In this document: positions 29,775 through 39,820 of the stretch, piece by piece | How the letters are laid out: every line of letters begins with the position of its first letter | Numbering within the stretch: position 1 is the stretch's first letter | From: Methanotrichaceae archaeon | GTDB lineage: Archaea > Halobacteriota > Methanosarcinia > Methanotrichales > Methanotrichaceae | Length of the DNA stretch: 64,000 nucleotides | Reading direction: 5' to 3' | Assembly: GCA_963803145.1 (NCBI GenBank) | Contig: CAWDLW010000020.1 | Span: 128,001-192,000, forward strand | Translations under genes and position numbers: made by a program | The notes under the pieces: generated by a model | Seen by the model: the letters and a program-made list of their open reading frames with translations, nothing else | Databases searched by the model: none | What the model was told of the DNA's origin: nothing

Positions 29775-30038
29775 ATGATAATGTCCATTCCATTATCATC
29801 TCCTCCTTTACTTGCCGCCACATTTTTGATAGCTTTGGGCGTAGCTTTGATTCCCTTATCGGCAAGGTACGGCATCATATGCATAGGCGCAGGAAGCATC
29901 ATTATGGGCTTAGTGATGTTGGCAGATCTGCCCAAAGGATTCGAGCTTCAAGGGATTATATTGTTTGGATTAGTCATCGTGGTGGGAGCCTGGATGATAG
30001 CTGTGGGCCTGAAGAATCCTGTAAAAAAGGATCGCTGA
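29775..30038 (+). CDS. Small three-TM membrane protein
   Basis: Three hydrophobic helices and a basic C-terminus. Confidence 0.6.
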   Translation: MIMSIPLSSPPLLAATFLIALGVALIPLSARYGIICIGAGSIIMGLVMLADLPKGFELQGIILFGLVIVVGAWMIAVGLKNPVKKDR

Positions 30039-30117
30039 AGATGAATTGGGTATCTTGAGATCATACTTTATATTTGGGGCCAATACTTGTGGCTTTGCTA
30101 CTAACTTAAGAGCCTGC

Positions 30118-30227
30118 ACTCTCTGGGGCTAATACTAGCGGCTTTCCTGGCGCGCTCCAACGCCCGCGCGGGCTGCCCCTAACCCCTCTACGGGGGAAGG
30201 TTTTGGAAAACGCATGCTATAAAGTTG
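30118..30227 (+). repeat. ~110-bp GC-rich repeat, copy 1 (inverted relative to 34863-34972)
   Basis: 26-bp identical core CCGCGCGGGCTGCCCCTAACCCCTCT (30164-30189), with similar flanks GGGGGAAGG..TGGAAAACG..GCTATAA.GTTG. Confidence 0.85.
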
Positions 30228-30277
30228 GAGGGGAATGGAAACGCTATAGTCGGAGATCCTTTTTGCATTTTGCTGCA

Positions 30278-31756
30278 CTAAACTCCGTCTATTGTCTTGT
30301 CCTTCCCAAGCTCTTCATATATCGACCTGAACTGCTCCAGCGCTGTCTCCAGATTCTCCACTATTTCGGCGGCCAGCACCTCAGGCTCTGGAAGGTTATC
30401 TGAATCCTCTAAACTCTCGTCTTTGAGCCAGAAGATGTCCAGGCTGGCTTTATCCCTCTTCATGAGATCTTCGTAGCTAAAAGCCCTGAAGCGCTCAGTC
30501 TCCTGCCTCTGATGCCGATTATCAGGGTTATAGCACTTGATGAAGTCCTGCAGGTCCTCAAGCTTGAGGGGATTGGTCTTGAGTGTAAAGTGCTGATTGG
30601 TCCTCAGGTCGTAGATCCAGAGCTTCTCAGTCCACGGATTTTGGCTGGCAGGCTTACGATCAAAGAATAACACGTTGGCCTTGACACCCTGGGCATAGAA
30701 AACGCCAGTGGGCAGCCGCAGTAGCGTGTGTACATCGCACTCCTGAAGCAGCTTACGCCTTACTGTTTCTCCTGCGCCGCCCTCGAAGAGAACGTTGTCA
30801 GGCACGACTATTGCTGCCCTGCCATTTATCTTGAGCAATGTCTTGATGTGCTGCAGGAAGTTGAGCTGCTTGTTGGAGGTCGTGGCACAGAAATCCTGGC
30901 GGCTGTATGTTATGGTCTCCTTATCGGTTTTACCCTCGCCATTGATGATGGTGATGCTGCTCTTTTTGCCAAATGGCGGATTGGTCAGAACCAGATCTGC
31001 ACGCTCGCCTCGATCTGCGATCAGGGAATCGGCCACATCAATTGGGCTTTCCTCGCCGCCTATGCCGTGGAGGTATAGGTTCATTGCACAGAGGCGGGCG
31101 ACGCTGTCCACGATGTCTGTGCCCTTTAGTGTTTTATTCTTCAGAAAAAGCTTTTGATCTTTATCCAGGGGATTTTGATGCTGATGCTCGACATAGTCGT
31201 AAGCCGCCAGGAGAAAGCCGCCTGTGCCGCATGCCGGATCGTTGATGGTCTCGCCGGGCTTAGGCCGCATAACTTCAACCATAGCCTTGATAAGCGATCT
31301 TGGCGTGAAATATTGCCCAGCTCCACCCTTAACGTCCTCGGCGTTCTTCTCAAGAAGGCCCTCGTAGATTTTGCCCTTCACATCTATATTTAGGCCGACC
31401 CAGGTCTCGCCATCGATAAGCTTAACCAGGCGCCTAAGTTTAGCTGGGTCCTGGATTTTGTTCTGGGATTTCCGGAATATGACGCCCAGCATTCCAGGCT
31501 CTTTGCCCAAAGCTTCAAGAATATGGCGATAATGAGCCTCAAGCTCTGCCCCACCCTTCTTCAGAATGCTTTGCCAATCGAGATCCTGTGGTATTTTCGA
31601 GGGCCTGTTATAGGGAGGGCGGCTCTGCTCATCGGCCATTTTAAGGAACAGCAGGTAGGTTAGCTGTTCCACATAGTCGCCGTAGCTAACGCCATCATCA
31701 CGGAGAACATGGCAGTAGTTCCAAAATCGCTGGACGATGGTGGATTCTTCGGTCAT
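30278..31756 (-). CDS. hsdM: Type I restriction-modification methyltransferase subunit
   Basis: GQYFTPR, DPACGTGGFL (SAM binding) and NPPF catalytic motif. Confidence 0.96.
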   Translation of the reverse strand: MTEESTIVQRFWNYCHVLRDDGVSYGDYVEQLTYLLFLKMADEQSRPPYNRPSKIPQDLDWQSILKKGGAELEAHYRHILEALGKEPGMLGVIFRKSQNKIQDPAKLRRLVKLIDGETWVGLNIDVKGKIYEGLLEKNAEDVKGGAGQYFTPRSLIKAMVEVMRPKPGETINDPACGTGGFLLAAYDYVEHQHQNPLDKDQKLFLKNKTLKGTDIVDSVARLCAMNLYLHGIGGEESPIDVADSLIADRGERADLVLTNPPFGKKSSITIINGEGKTDKETITYSRQDFCATTSNKQLNFLQHIKTLLKINGRAAIVVPDNVLFEGGAGETVRRKLLQECDVHTLLRLPTGVFYAQGVKANVLFFDRKPASQNPWTEKLWIYDLRTNQHFTLKTNPLKLEDLQDFIKCYNPDNRHQRQETERFRAFSYEDLMKRDKASLDIFWLKDESLEDSDNLPEPEVLAAEIVENLETALEQFRSIYEELGKDKTIDGV

Positions 31757-33037
31757 TGGATCAGCCTCATCTGGCGGGTATTATTATTTCTTCTGCTTCT
31801 CCTTGGAGCTTCTTTTGCGCTTTCTGCTTTGATTCTCTCCGGGAGCACGCTGGCTGGCTCATCGTTGGGGTCTTGGGGGACGAGCCTGCCTTCGAAGGCA
31901 CACTTGAGGACGGATTGGCGAAGTTTGTCTGCATAAATGAGGTTTTGGCCTAAGATTTTCTCAGACTCATCGCAGATGGATAAACGTCTCTCAACTTCAC
32001 CAACAATTATTTCATTTTCCTCATTGGGTGGTAACGGGACAGGAAATGCGCTTAGTTTTGTGAGATTGACCGATGCGAGGTTTGTTGTTTGTTTTCCCTC
32101 TTTTAGGAAGTAATTTTTGCCGTAAGTATTCCCAAACCAGGATACAAATTTATTGGAAACTTCTTTTGAATATAACCTCGCTCTAAATACGTGATTTTGA
32201 TGGATACACTCAGGTAATTCCTTTTGCCATATCCAACCTCGACCTAATTTATCCCTATCTCCGCCTTCATTAAAGAGAATATCCCCCTGTTCTAGTCGTA
32301 GTTCTGAAATTGTCTCTTCAGATGCTTCAATTTCCTTAATTTCACTCAGATCGAGATATCCACGCTGAACATTCGCTACACGTAAATAAGGAACTCTACG
32401 GCCATTTTCTACTTTGCGTTTTGTATCTTTTGTTATCCCACCTTTAAGAGAGGCTAGTGCATCTAGCCGCACCCATAGCCAAGAATCAGGAAGCTTTGGT
32501 AACCCAGTTAAATCCAAACCATTTAAACCGCTAAACGCTTTTCCCGATCTGGCTTGTTTTATAACAAGAATACGTTTTAGCAACTCATCCGAAGGCTCCA
32601 CATCCGGGTGCACCTTTCGCCACTCCTCCGTGAGCCTGCCCTCCGCCGCCGCCTTGAGCACCGCCTGACGATAGCGCTTGAGCTGGGCTTTAGCCTTCTG
32701 CAATGCCTCGGCTCCGGCATCTAATCGGCTGAAAAGCTCCTCAATGCGGGCAACGATGCGATGCTGTTCAGAAAGAGGTGGAATTAGAATAGGTATATTT
32801 CCCAATGTCTTTTGATTTATGTTTGTAATAGTTACCTGGGAGCTTCCTTCAACAATCTTTTCGCGTATTAAATTGCTTCTTAAATAATATGTTACATATT
32901 CTGGGCTTGCTAATATCTTCTCTAATCGAGCCCTTATGATAAAACCACAAAAAGTTATAGGCTCATTCTCTTCCATAAACAAAGCTGGCCATCCAACTCC
33001 TTCCCTTTTCACAGATGACCTTACTATAGTTAATCTC

Positions 33038-33565
33038 CTAGCTTTTTGCACTAAGAAATCGCTCCACCCAGGACTTTGAATATCCATCCTTTTTGGAATA
33101 AAATATTTCTAAAGCGCAATCTTGGCTAGCTATAATAGCTTCATCGAAATCAGTGTATTTGGCGATCTCTCTTTTGAAATCCTTCCAACCGAATTCTATA
33201 GGATTCAAATCTGGTGAATAGGGGATATTATAAATTAAGTGAATATCGATTTCCTCAGCTAGTTTTCTAAATTTCTTGGCCAAATGAATTCTAGCATTAT
33301 CTAAAAGTATACAAATTGGCCTCATAATATTATTATTTCTTATATTTTGAGCAAATGCCATCAACGCTTCCTTCTTAGAGGAGTTGGAAACCATAACCTC
33401 ATCATTGCCATTTAATGCTATAAATCCAAAAATAGTTCTTGATCTAACCTTTCCAGGTTTATAATTTATTAAATGAGTGTTTAAGACTCTACGTGTATTA
33501 GGGCGCTGTTGTAAAGAGCTTTCATCAAGAAATCCTATAACAGGATCAGTAACAGTGGTCAGCAC
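33038..33565 (-). CDS. IS630 transposase OrfB (DDE part), in +1 frame relative to OrfA
   Basis: FLDES, LLDNARIH and PYSPDLNPIE..W DDE motifs. Confidence 0.9.
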   Translation of the reverse strand: MLTTVTDPVIGFLDESSLQQRPNTRRVLNTHLINYKPGKVRSRTIFGFIALNGNDEVMVSNSSKKEALMAFAQNIRNNNIMRPICILLDNARIHLAKKFRKLAEEIDIHLIYNIPYSPDLNPIEFGWKDFKREIAKYTDFDEAIIASQDCALEIFYSKKDGYSKSWVERFLSAKS

Positions 33566-34043
33566 TGATTTTATCCTTTTTTAAAAAACTTTCTGCATCT
33601 GCAGGCCTCTTTTCATTTCTGATGTATGGTTTCCCATACTTAACTTTTTTCACTACTCTTAAAATTCGCCAGCCATATTTATATGAAAAATCTATACCTC
33701 TTGTATCCCTTACATATTTTAATACGTCTTTTATCGTCATTCCTTTGTCTTCAATTTCTTTAATAACTCTATCCCATTCATCAAGAGACATCTTTGGCTT
33801 TTTGCCATTTCTATTCTTTGGTGTCAATCCATTATAGCCTTGATTATTCCATCTGCTTAACCAATATTTTATTGTCCTCTCGCCCCTTTTTAAAATATCA
33901 GCTACCTCATATACGTTTTTCCCTTCATATAAATGTATTATTGCCAATAACCGTTCCTTAATCCTTAGATCAGTCTCTTTTTTATATAATTTATCAAGGT
34001 CTATCTTTGATATATGCCTAATTATTATAGGTTTTCTACCCAT
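33546..34043 (-). CDS. IS630 transposase OrfA (HTH part)
   Basis: RLLAI..LYEG....EVA..L......TI..W..RWN..GY.GL. Confidence 0.88.
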   Translation of the reverse strand: MGRKPIIIRHISKIDLDKLYKKETDLRIKERLLAIIHLYEGKNVYEVADILKRGERTIKYWLSRWNNQGYNGLTPKNRNGKKPKMSLDEWDRVIKEIEDKGMTIKDVLKYVRDTRGIDFSYKYGWRILRVVKKVKYGKPYIRNEKRPADAESFLKKDKISADHCY

Positions 34044-34351
34044 GCCTATGTATTTTCACGCATTAATTATTAAATGTATCTATAGGGCAATAAGCTCAAT
34101 GATTAACTATAATAATACATCGCCATTATTCAAATAGTAATCTTTGTTTATATCTTTATTAACTCTATATAGACTATCTTTATTTATGCCGATGCTTTTG
34201 GAGTACATGTTTAATACATCAATGGTTAATATACCTTGATCGCTTTTTTGTTCACTCGAAAAATTAATACCGTTTTTGAATTCTGCTATTTCTTTAAAAC
34301 TAGTTAACGTCCAATTAGGAGGTAAATTATTTTGATCCTTCTCGACGTCCA

Positions 34352-34507
34352 TCATTCTGCTAGCGCCTCGTTCCGTGGATCATTTGCCCTATCCTGGAGC
34401 GATTTTGACTCCATAAAATCCTGGATAGTCTTGTCCTTGGAATATTCTTCGATCAGGTCTATGGACTCCAAAATGTGGGCAAAGAAAATCAGAGGATCTT
34501 TCTTCAT
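34352..34507 (-). pseudogene. Truncated HEPN (DUF86/HepT-like) toxin, 51 aa
   Basis: MKKDPLIFFAHILESIDLIEEYSKDKTIQDFMESKSLQD is a DUF86-type N-terminus that lacks the RxxxxHxY catalytic half; ATGA-coupled to the MNT gene. Confidence 0.75.
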
Positions 34508-34791
34508 AATATAGGGACCTGCTCAGCTAATATTCTTTCTTTGAGTAGAGGATGCAAAGACCGATATGTAACAACATCAACTCGCCTATTCAGGGCATCT
34601 TCAAGCTCAATTTTTAATCCTGAGATATCCAGCAGGCTCTTTCTTCCTTCAAACTCTACCAGAAGATCCACATCGCTCTCCTCGGTCATCTCCCCTCTTA
34701 CGATTGACCCAAAAAACGATGCCCTTTTTACGTCATTCCGGCGTAGGATGTCTATTATCTTTTCACGGACGGGCTGCATCTGGTCTCTCAT
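34504..34791 (-). CDS. Minimal nucleotidyltransferase (MNT) antitoxin
   Basis: FFGSIVRGE....SDVDLLVEF...L...LED.L.R.VDVV. Confidence 0.92.
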   Translation of the reverse strand: MRDQMQPVREKIIDILRRNDVKRASFFGSIVRGEMTEESDVDLLVEFEGRKSLLDISGLKIELEDALNRRVDVVTYRSLHPLLKERILAEQVPIL

Positions 34792-34862
34792 TTTCCTCCC
34801 CTAGAACATTGAGATTATACCATTTTACTTTTTCTGCGTTATGCTGTTCATCTTGCTTTCAT

Positions 34863-34972
34863 CAACCTTATAGCCTATCGTTTTCCAGAGCCTTCCCCCG
34901 GCAGAGGGGTTAGGGGCAGCCCGCGCGGCGATTGAGCGCGCTAGAATAGCCGTTAGAGTTAGCGCCAGAGAA
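34863..34972 (-). repeat. ~110-bp GC-rich repeat, copy 2 (inverted relative to 30118-30227)
   Basis: Reverse complement of 34903-34928 is identical to 30164-30189, and the flanks align with scattered mismatches. Confidence 0.85.
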
Positions 34973-35144
34973 AAGCGTAGCTTTTGAATTGTATTAGCCT
35001 GCTTTAGCGTGAAATCAAAGCGATTCTGAATCATGCGCCCTTGAACTAAAACCTTTTGAAGATAGGTCGGCGACTACCCAGATAAGCTTAAATCCCTATT
35101 TATATATCAAAATTGGCAAAGAGTACTCAGGAGTTGTCTCAGAA

Positions 35145-35726
35145 ATGAGGATGAATTTGAGTATCTGGCTGAATCTGATGTTAATTGTGACCTTTTCCCT
35201 ATTGCTCAGCGGCTGCCTTGGTAATGGGGACAATAAAATGCATGTAGCTCAGGGCACGCATCTCAAATTTATGAATATGGGGCCATATTTAGTAGAGCTG
35301 AACCTGACGGACAATAATGAGTACTCTATTGGTGATGTAAAAATCGATAGGGGCAACGTGAAGACTGGCCCTCCGGATCGCTTCACTCCATCCAATTATA
35401 CCCAATATAGCAGAGATATCATGGATAAAATGGGCGGGGAGAAGAAGTTATCTCTAAAGATTGACCATTACGATGCGAAGATAATGACCTCTAATGATAA
35501 CCTTCTTCAGCTTGGCCTTTTGAAGTGGCCCTGGGATGGAAGCGCCCAATATGAGTCGCATTATTTAAAGAACTACGATTGGGTCACCGCAAAGGGGGCG
35601 CTAGATAACGAAATTGATGCAGCCAGCTGGATTGATGATCATACTATGCTCTCGCTGAAGATGTTCAATCTCAATCAGAGCGATTCACTGGCGATATTAG
35701 ATTCTGTGATGTCCAGATCCTTATAA
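35145..35726 (+). CDS. Putative lipoprotein
   Basis: Lipobox LLSGC after a hydrophobic stretch. Confidence 0.75.
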   Translation: MRMNLSIWLNLMLIVTFSLLLSGCLGNGDNKMHVAQGTHLKFMNMGPYLVELNLTDNNEYSIGDVKIDRGNVKTGPPDRFTPSNYTQYSRDIMDKMGGEKKLSLKIDHYDAKIMTSNDNLLQLGLLKWPWDGSAQYESHYLKNYDWVTAKGALDNEIDAASWIDDHTMLSLKMFNLNQSDSLAILDSVMSRSL

Positions 35727-35871
35727 AGCCCCGATCCTTATAATCCTAGACCTGCCAGCCTGCGGCTTTCAAAGGGTCATCGATCTTCTGGCGTGCCAGC
35801 TCCCCTGGCGTAATTGGGTTTTCCTTTTACTGGCCATCTTTATTAATAATGTATCCACTTGGAAGAAAAGC

Positions 35872-36864
35872 ATGCTCATCCTCAGCGCAGGCGACGTCCG
35901 CCAGGCCCTGCCCATGGCCCAGGCTATTGAGGCCATGAAGCGCTCCTTCGCAGCATTATCCTCAGGCAGAGCTAAAGTGCCATTGAGATCAAAGCTCGAG
36001 ATCGGCCCTTATGAGGGCACCAGCCTATTCATGCCCGCTTTCGTGCAGGATGAAGACGATATGGCTCTGGCAGTAAAGGCCGTATCTGTGTATCCCCGCA
36101 ATGCCAAATCTGAGGTTCCTGTCGTGAATGCGGCCGTTCTAGTGCTTGAGCCATCCACAGGCCAGCCCATTGCCCTGGTGGAGGGCAGATCTCTCACTGC
36201 CATCCGCACCGGCGCAGCATCCGGGGCTGCCACAGATCTGCTCTCAAGGAAGGACTGCCATGTGGCGGCTTTAATTGGTGCAGGAACTCAGGGAAAAGCC
36301 CAGCTTGAGGCTATATGCACCGTGCGCTCTATCGCCACATGCTGGATATATGATATCGATACAGCCAGGGCCAGGGCATTCATATCCGAGATGAAACGCA
36401 AAGGCGGCCCTGTGCCATCGGACCTTCGCCTGGCACAAAGTCCCGGCCAGGCGGTGTCTGGAGCTGATATAATCTGCACTGCAACCACGTCTCGGCAGCC
36501 AGTCTTTGATGATACCGATGTGAGACCAGGCGTGCACATAAACGGGATCGGTTCTTTCACCTCCGAGATGAGCGAGGTGCCGCCGGAGACTGTAGCCCGC
36601 GCCACAGTTGTGGTGGATTCGAGAGATGCAGCCATGGCAGAGGCGGGGGATCTGATAAAGCCCATTCACCAAGGCATGTTTGGGCCTGAAAAAATAGATG
36701 CTGAGCTTGGCGAGATAGTGCTGGAAGTGAAGCCGGGACGGATATATAAGGGCCAGATAACGTTCTTCAAATCAGTGGGCGTGGCTTCTCAGGATGCAAC
36801 CGCAGCCAGCCTCGCTTTGAGAAACGCTCTGGATATGGGCCTGGGACATGAAGTGGATTGGTAG
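35872..36864 (+). CDS. Ornithine cyclodeaminase/mu-crystallin family protein (possible archaeal alanine dehydrogenase)
   Basis: LTAIRTGAASG.AT..L, IGAGTQG, DIICTAT, G.HINGIG and FFKSVG.A.QD. Confidence 0.92.
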   Translation: MLILSAGDVRQALPMAQAIEAMKRSFAALSSGRAKVPLRSKLEIGPYEGTSLFMPAFVQDEDDMALAVKAVSVYPRNAKSEVPVVNAAVLVLEPSTGQPIALVEGRSLTAIRTGAASGAATDLLSRKDCHVAALIGAGTQGKAQLEAICTVRSIATCWIYDIDTARARAFISEMKRKGGPVPSDLRLAQSPGQAVSGADIICTATTSRQPVFDDTDVRPGVHINGIGSFTSEMSEVPPETVARATVVVDSRDAAMAEAGDLIKPIHQGMFGPEKIDAELGEIVLEVKPGRIYKGQITFFKSVGVASQDATAASLALRNALDMGLGHEVDW

Positions 36865-36891
36865 CCAGCAATAAACCCTAATCATATTGAT

Positions 36892-39639
36892 CTATCCTGC
36901 CAGCGCCTCATTCATCTCATCCATGATCTTCCCAAACTCCTGCCCAAACAGCTTGTAAGCCCTCACCGGCCCGCCATGCTCATAAAATGGCGCAAGCTCC
37001 AGATCATCCATGCCGATAGCAAGGCTGGTGGCTATGTGATCCTTAATCATCTCCAGCCATTCATTTTGCTCTGTCGTAAACTTATGGCCGTTTCCTTCCT
37101 GCTCAGAGAGCCAGGCATCAAACCTCTCGTTCACAATCTCCGGAAATGGCCTAAGTTCCTGGCTCTCTCCAATGGCGAACCTCACCAGCGAGATTATGTT
37201 GGTGAGCATCTTCTGCGGCCCGGCATCCTTTACCTTCGACCTCTCAAGCTGCTCATAAGCCTGCCATACCAGATCGGGCGCGAGGTTGTATGGCGGCCTT
37301 TGGATGGCCTCAGAAAGCTGCTTGATCTGCTCATAAGTGAGATGTCGCTGGCCATAGGGCTTGCTGTAGATGATCTGCAGAGCGGTCAGCTCATCTTTGT
37401 TATCATCGATGAACTGCCTGAAGCTGCTTGTGAGCTCGCTTGCCCGTTCCATCGCTCGGGAGCCGCCTCCCGCAAACAGAACCCTATCCTTGGATAGCTC
37501 ATCGATGATCTGCTCGTTCTTCTTTTTGATATCGATCAGAGCATTCCTGAACTTTGGGTCATCAAATGGCAGACATGCAGCCTTGGCCAGCTCCTTGGTA
37601 GCCTTCTTGATCTGTTCCTCAGTAGGTTTTTCTGTCTTGAAGATCTCACTGGCCTTTGCCTGCTGCTTATCGGGATCGACAGCGTCCAGCAAGCTGTTCA
37701 TTATCTGCTTGAGCGGCCTTCCACCCGCAGCTTTTGTCAGGTCTTCACGATCCTTCTGGCCGAGCTCCCTGTCAAACCTGGCAAGCCTGCCGGCTAACGT
37801 AGTAAGTGTTTTCTCGTTTCTCACACCCAGCGCGACAGATTTTACAAGCCTCTCGAAGGAAACGTTCTTCTTGCGCTCCAGCGGTCTTGTGTCGGTCTTG
37901 TCACGCTCGCAAACTCCTACGGCATCCACAATGACAAAGTGAGTCTTGTTAAAGGCGTCAGGCGTCACAGCCCTGAAATCCGTCTGGGAAATTGTTCTTG
38001 TGCCCCGACCCTTCATCTGCTCGAAATATACCTGGGATTTGACATCCCTCATGAAAATCAGGCACTCCAGGGGCTTAATGTCCGTGCCGGTTGATATCAT
38101 GTCAACGGTGACTGCTATTCGAGGGTTGTAGGAGTTCCGGAAACTGGCTATCAAGTTGCTGGGCTTCTCCTGCGTTCGATAGGTGATCTTCTTGCAGAAA
38201 TCGTTCCCCTTGCCGAACTCCTCTCGGATGATCCTGACTATATCCTCGGCATGTGAATCATCCTTGGCAAAGATGAGCGTCTTGGGAACTTCTGTCCTTT
38301 CAGGAAATATTTCGGGCAGCTTATCCTTGAATGTTCGGATAACAGTCCTGATCTGGTCTGTGGATACAACATCACGGTCAAGCTGCCTGGCGGTATACTC
38401 GAAGTCCTCATCGAGCATCTCCCAGCGCTTCTTCCTGGTCAGCTTATCCCGGATATCGATGTAGTAACCAGCCTCAACCTTGCTGCCCTTCTCAGAGATC
38501 TCAGTCTGAATCCGATATACCTCATATCCCACATTGACACCATCAGCGACCGCCCTCTCATGGTTGTACTCCATCACCAGATTCTGATTGAAGAATCCTA
38601 AGGTCTGCTTGGATGGCGTGGCAGTCATGCCGACCAGAAAGGCATCGAAATACTCCAGCACCTGGCGCCAGAGGTTGTAAATGGACCGATGGCATTCATC
38701 TGTGATCACAAAATCGAAGGTTTCAATGGGTATTTGCGGGTTGTAGGAGATCTCAACCGGGCGGTCGCCTATCGGCGTTACATCAAAGAGCGACTGATCC
38801 TCGATCTGCGGGTCCAGGTCCGCCTCGCCCCTGAGCATGGAGTAAAGCCTCTGAATTGTTGTAATGCATACACGGCTCACAGGATCAAAGGTGTTTGAGG
38901 TTAGATGCTGAACGTTGTAAAGTTCAGTGAACTTTCTGCCGTCATCAGGCGTAACATATTGTTTGAACTCTGTTAAAGCCTGCTCCCCTAAGGTCTTCCT
39001 GTCCACCAGAAAAAGAATGCGCCTAGCGTTGGCGAACTTGATCAGCCTATAGATGAAGCTCACTGCTGCAAACGTTTTTCCGCTGCCGGTCGCCATCTGT
39101 ATGAGCGCCCTGGGCTTGGCTTCGGCAAAGGATTTCTCTAAGTTCGAGACTGCCTCGATCTGGCATTCTCTTAAGTTGCCAATCATCAGGTCGGGCAGGT
39201 CTCTCAGCCTCGACCTCAGAGTATCCTCCTCCGAAAGCCATTCTGCAAAGGTCTCAGGCTTATGGAATGCGAACGTTCTGCGAGAACGCGGTTCTGGATC
39301 TCTCAGATCCACAAAGAAAGTCTCAGCGCCCGTGCTCTCATACCCAAATGGAAGTGGATCATGAACATGTGGGATCTCATCCGGCAGACTGGTTAGGTAG
39401 CCGCCTGTCTGCTCTTCAACGCCGCTTAGTGTGATACCTTTGGGTTTGGCCTCGATTGCTCCGATGGCCTCACGGTCTATAAAAAGAAGGTAATCTGCAA
39501 AACCAGATTCCAGAGGAAACTCACGAACAGCAATTCCTAATGATGATCCCAGATTCAGGTCGTTATAATCCTGGATCTGCCAGCCAGCATCCAACAGATG
39601 TCGATCAATCTCCTTGCGGGCTTCCTCCTCTGGGGTCAT
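36892..39639 (-). CDS. hsdR: Type I restriction endonuclease subunit R (EcoEI-like)
   Basis: ADY.L...IEAK nuclease motif, MATGSGKT Walker A, DECHRS, TATP, TGTDI and QMKGRGTR. Confidence 0.96.
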   Translation of the reverse strand: MTPEEEARKEIDRHLLDAGWQIQDYNDLNLGSSLGIAVREFPLESGFADYLLFIDREAIGAIEAKPKGITLSGVEEQTGGYLTSLPDEIPHVHDPLPFGYESTGAETFFVDLRDPEPRSRRTFAFHKPETFAEWLSEEDTLRSRLRDLPDLMIGNLRECQIEAVSNLEKSFAEAKPRALIQMATGSGKTFAAVSFIYRLIKFANARRILFLVDRKTLGEQALTEFKQYVTPDDGRKFTELYNVQHLTSNTFDPVSRVCITTIQRLYSMLRGEADLDPQIEDQSLFDVTPIGDRPVEISYNPQIPIETFDFVITDECHRSIYNLWRQVLEYFDAFLVGMTATPSKQTLGFFNQNLVMEYNHERAVADGVNVGYEVYRIQTEISEKGSKVEAGYYIDIRDKLTRKKRWEMLDEDFEYTARQLDRDVVSTDQIRTVIRTFKDKLPEIFPERTEVPKTLIFAKDDSHAEDIVRIIREEFGKGNDFCKKITYRTQEKPSNLIASFRNSYNPRIAVTVDMISTGTDIKPLECLIFMRDVKSQVYFEQMKGRGTRTISQTDFRAVTPDAFNKTHFVIVDAVGVCERDKTDTRPLERKKNVSFERLVKSVALGVRNEKTLTTLAGRLARFDRELGQKDREDLTKAAGGRPLKQIMNSLLDAVDPDKQQAKASEIFKTEKPTEEQIKKATKELAKAACLPFDDPKFRNALIDIKKKNEQIIDELSKDRVLFAGGGSRAMERASELTSSFRQFIDDNKDELTALQIIYSKPYGQRHLTYEQIKQLSEAIQRPPYNLAPDLVWQAYEQLERSKVKDAGPQKMLTNIISLVRFAIGESQELRPFPEIVNERFDAWLSEQEGNGHKFTTEQNEWLEMIKDHIATSLAIGMDDLELAPFYEHGGPVRAYKLFGQEFGKIMDEMNEALAG

Positions 39640-39820
39640 GATGTTAAGCCCTGTTGTAACAACCATTATTAATATTAGGCATAATCTTTAGTATGTGATA
39701 CAAAATAACAATGGTAGCAGGGAGATGACTAATACCACAGGACCATAAACCAAGCTTAAGACATAATCTCTCAAAAGGCTCTTATCTGAATAGCTCATAC
39801 TCATCCTGGGGATCTGGCCT

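Larger units (their letters stand above)
33027..34109 (-). mobile_element. IS630-family insertion sequence (1,083 bp) with TA target duplication
   Basis: Terminal inverted repeats TAGTTAATC/GATTAACTA flanked by TA at 33025-26 and 34110-11; AT-rich; HTH ORF plus DDE ORF. Confidence 0.92.
31753..34355 (-). pseudogene. hsdS: Type I R-M specificity subunit interrupted by an IS630-family element
   Basis: The N-part (34355-34110; LPPNW...F.NG..GDVLL) and C-part (33026-31753; PPLSEQHRIV..IEELFS, LPDSW, GDILF, LRQSVLKCAFEGRLVPQDPNDEPAS) rejoin in frame as GDVLLVRSS when the IS and one TA are removed. Confidence 0.9.

Noticed and set aside
30118-30227. SRP RNA or RNase P RNA as the identity of the GC-rich repeat
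   Set aside because: It is too short, occurs twice, and lacks the SRP helix-8 and RNase P P4 signatures.
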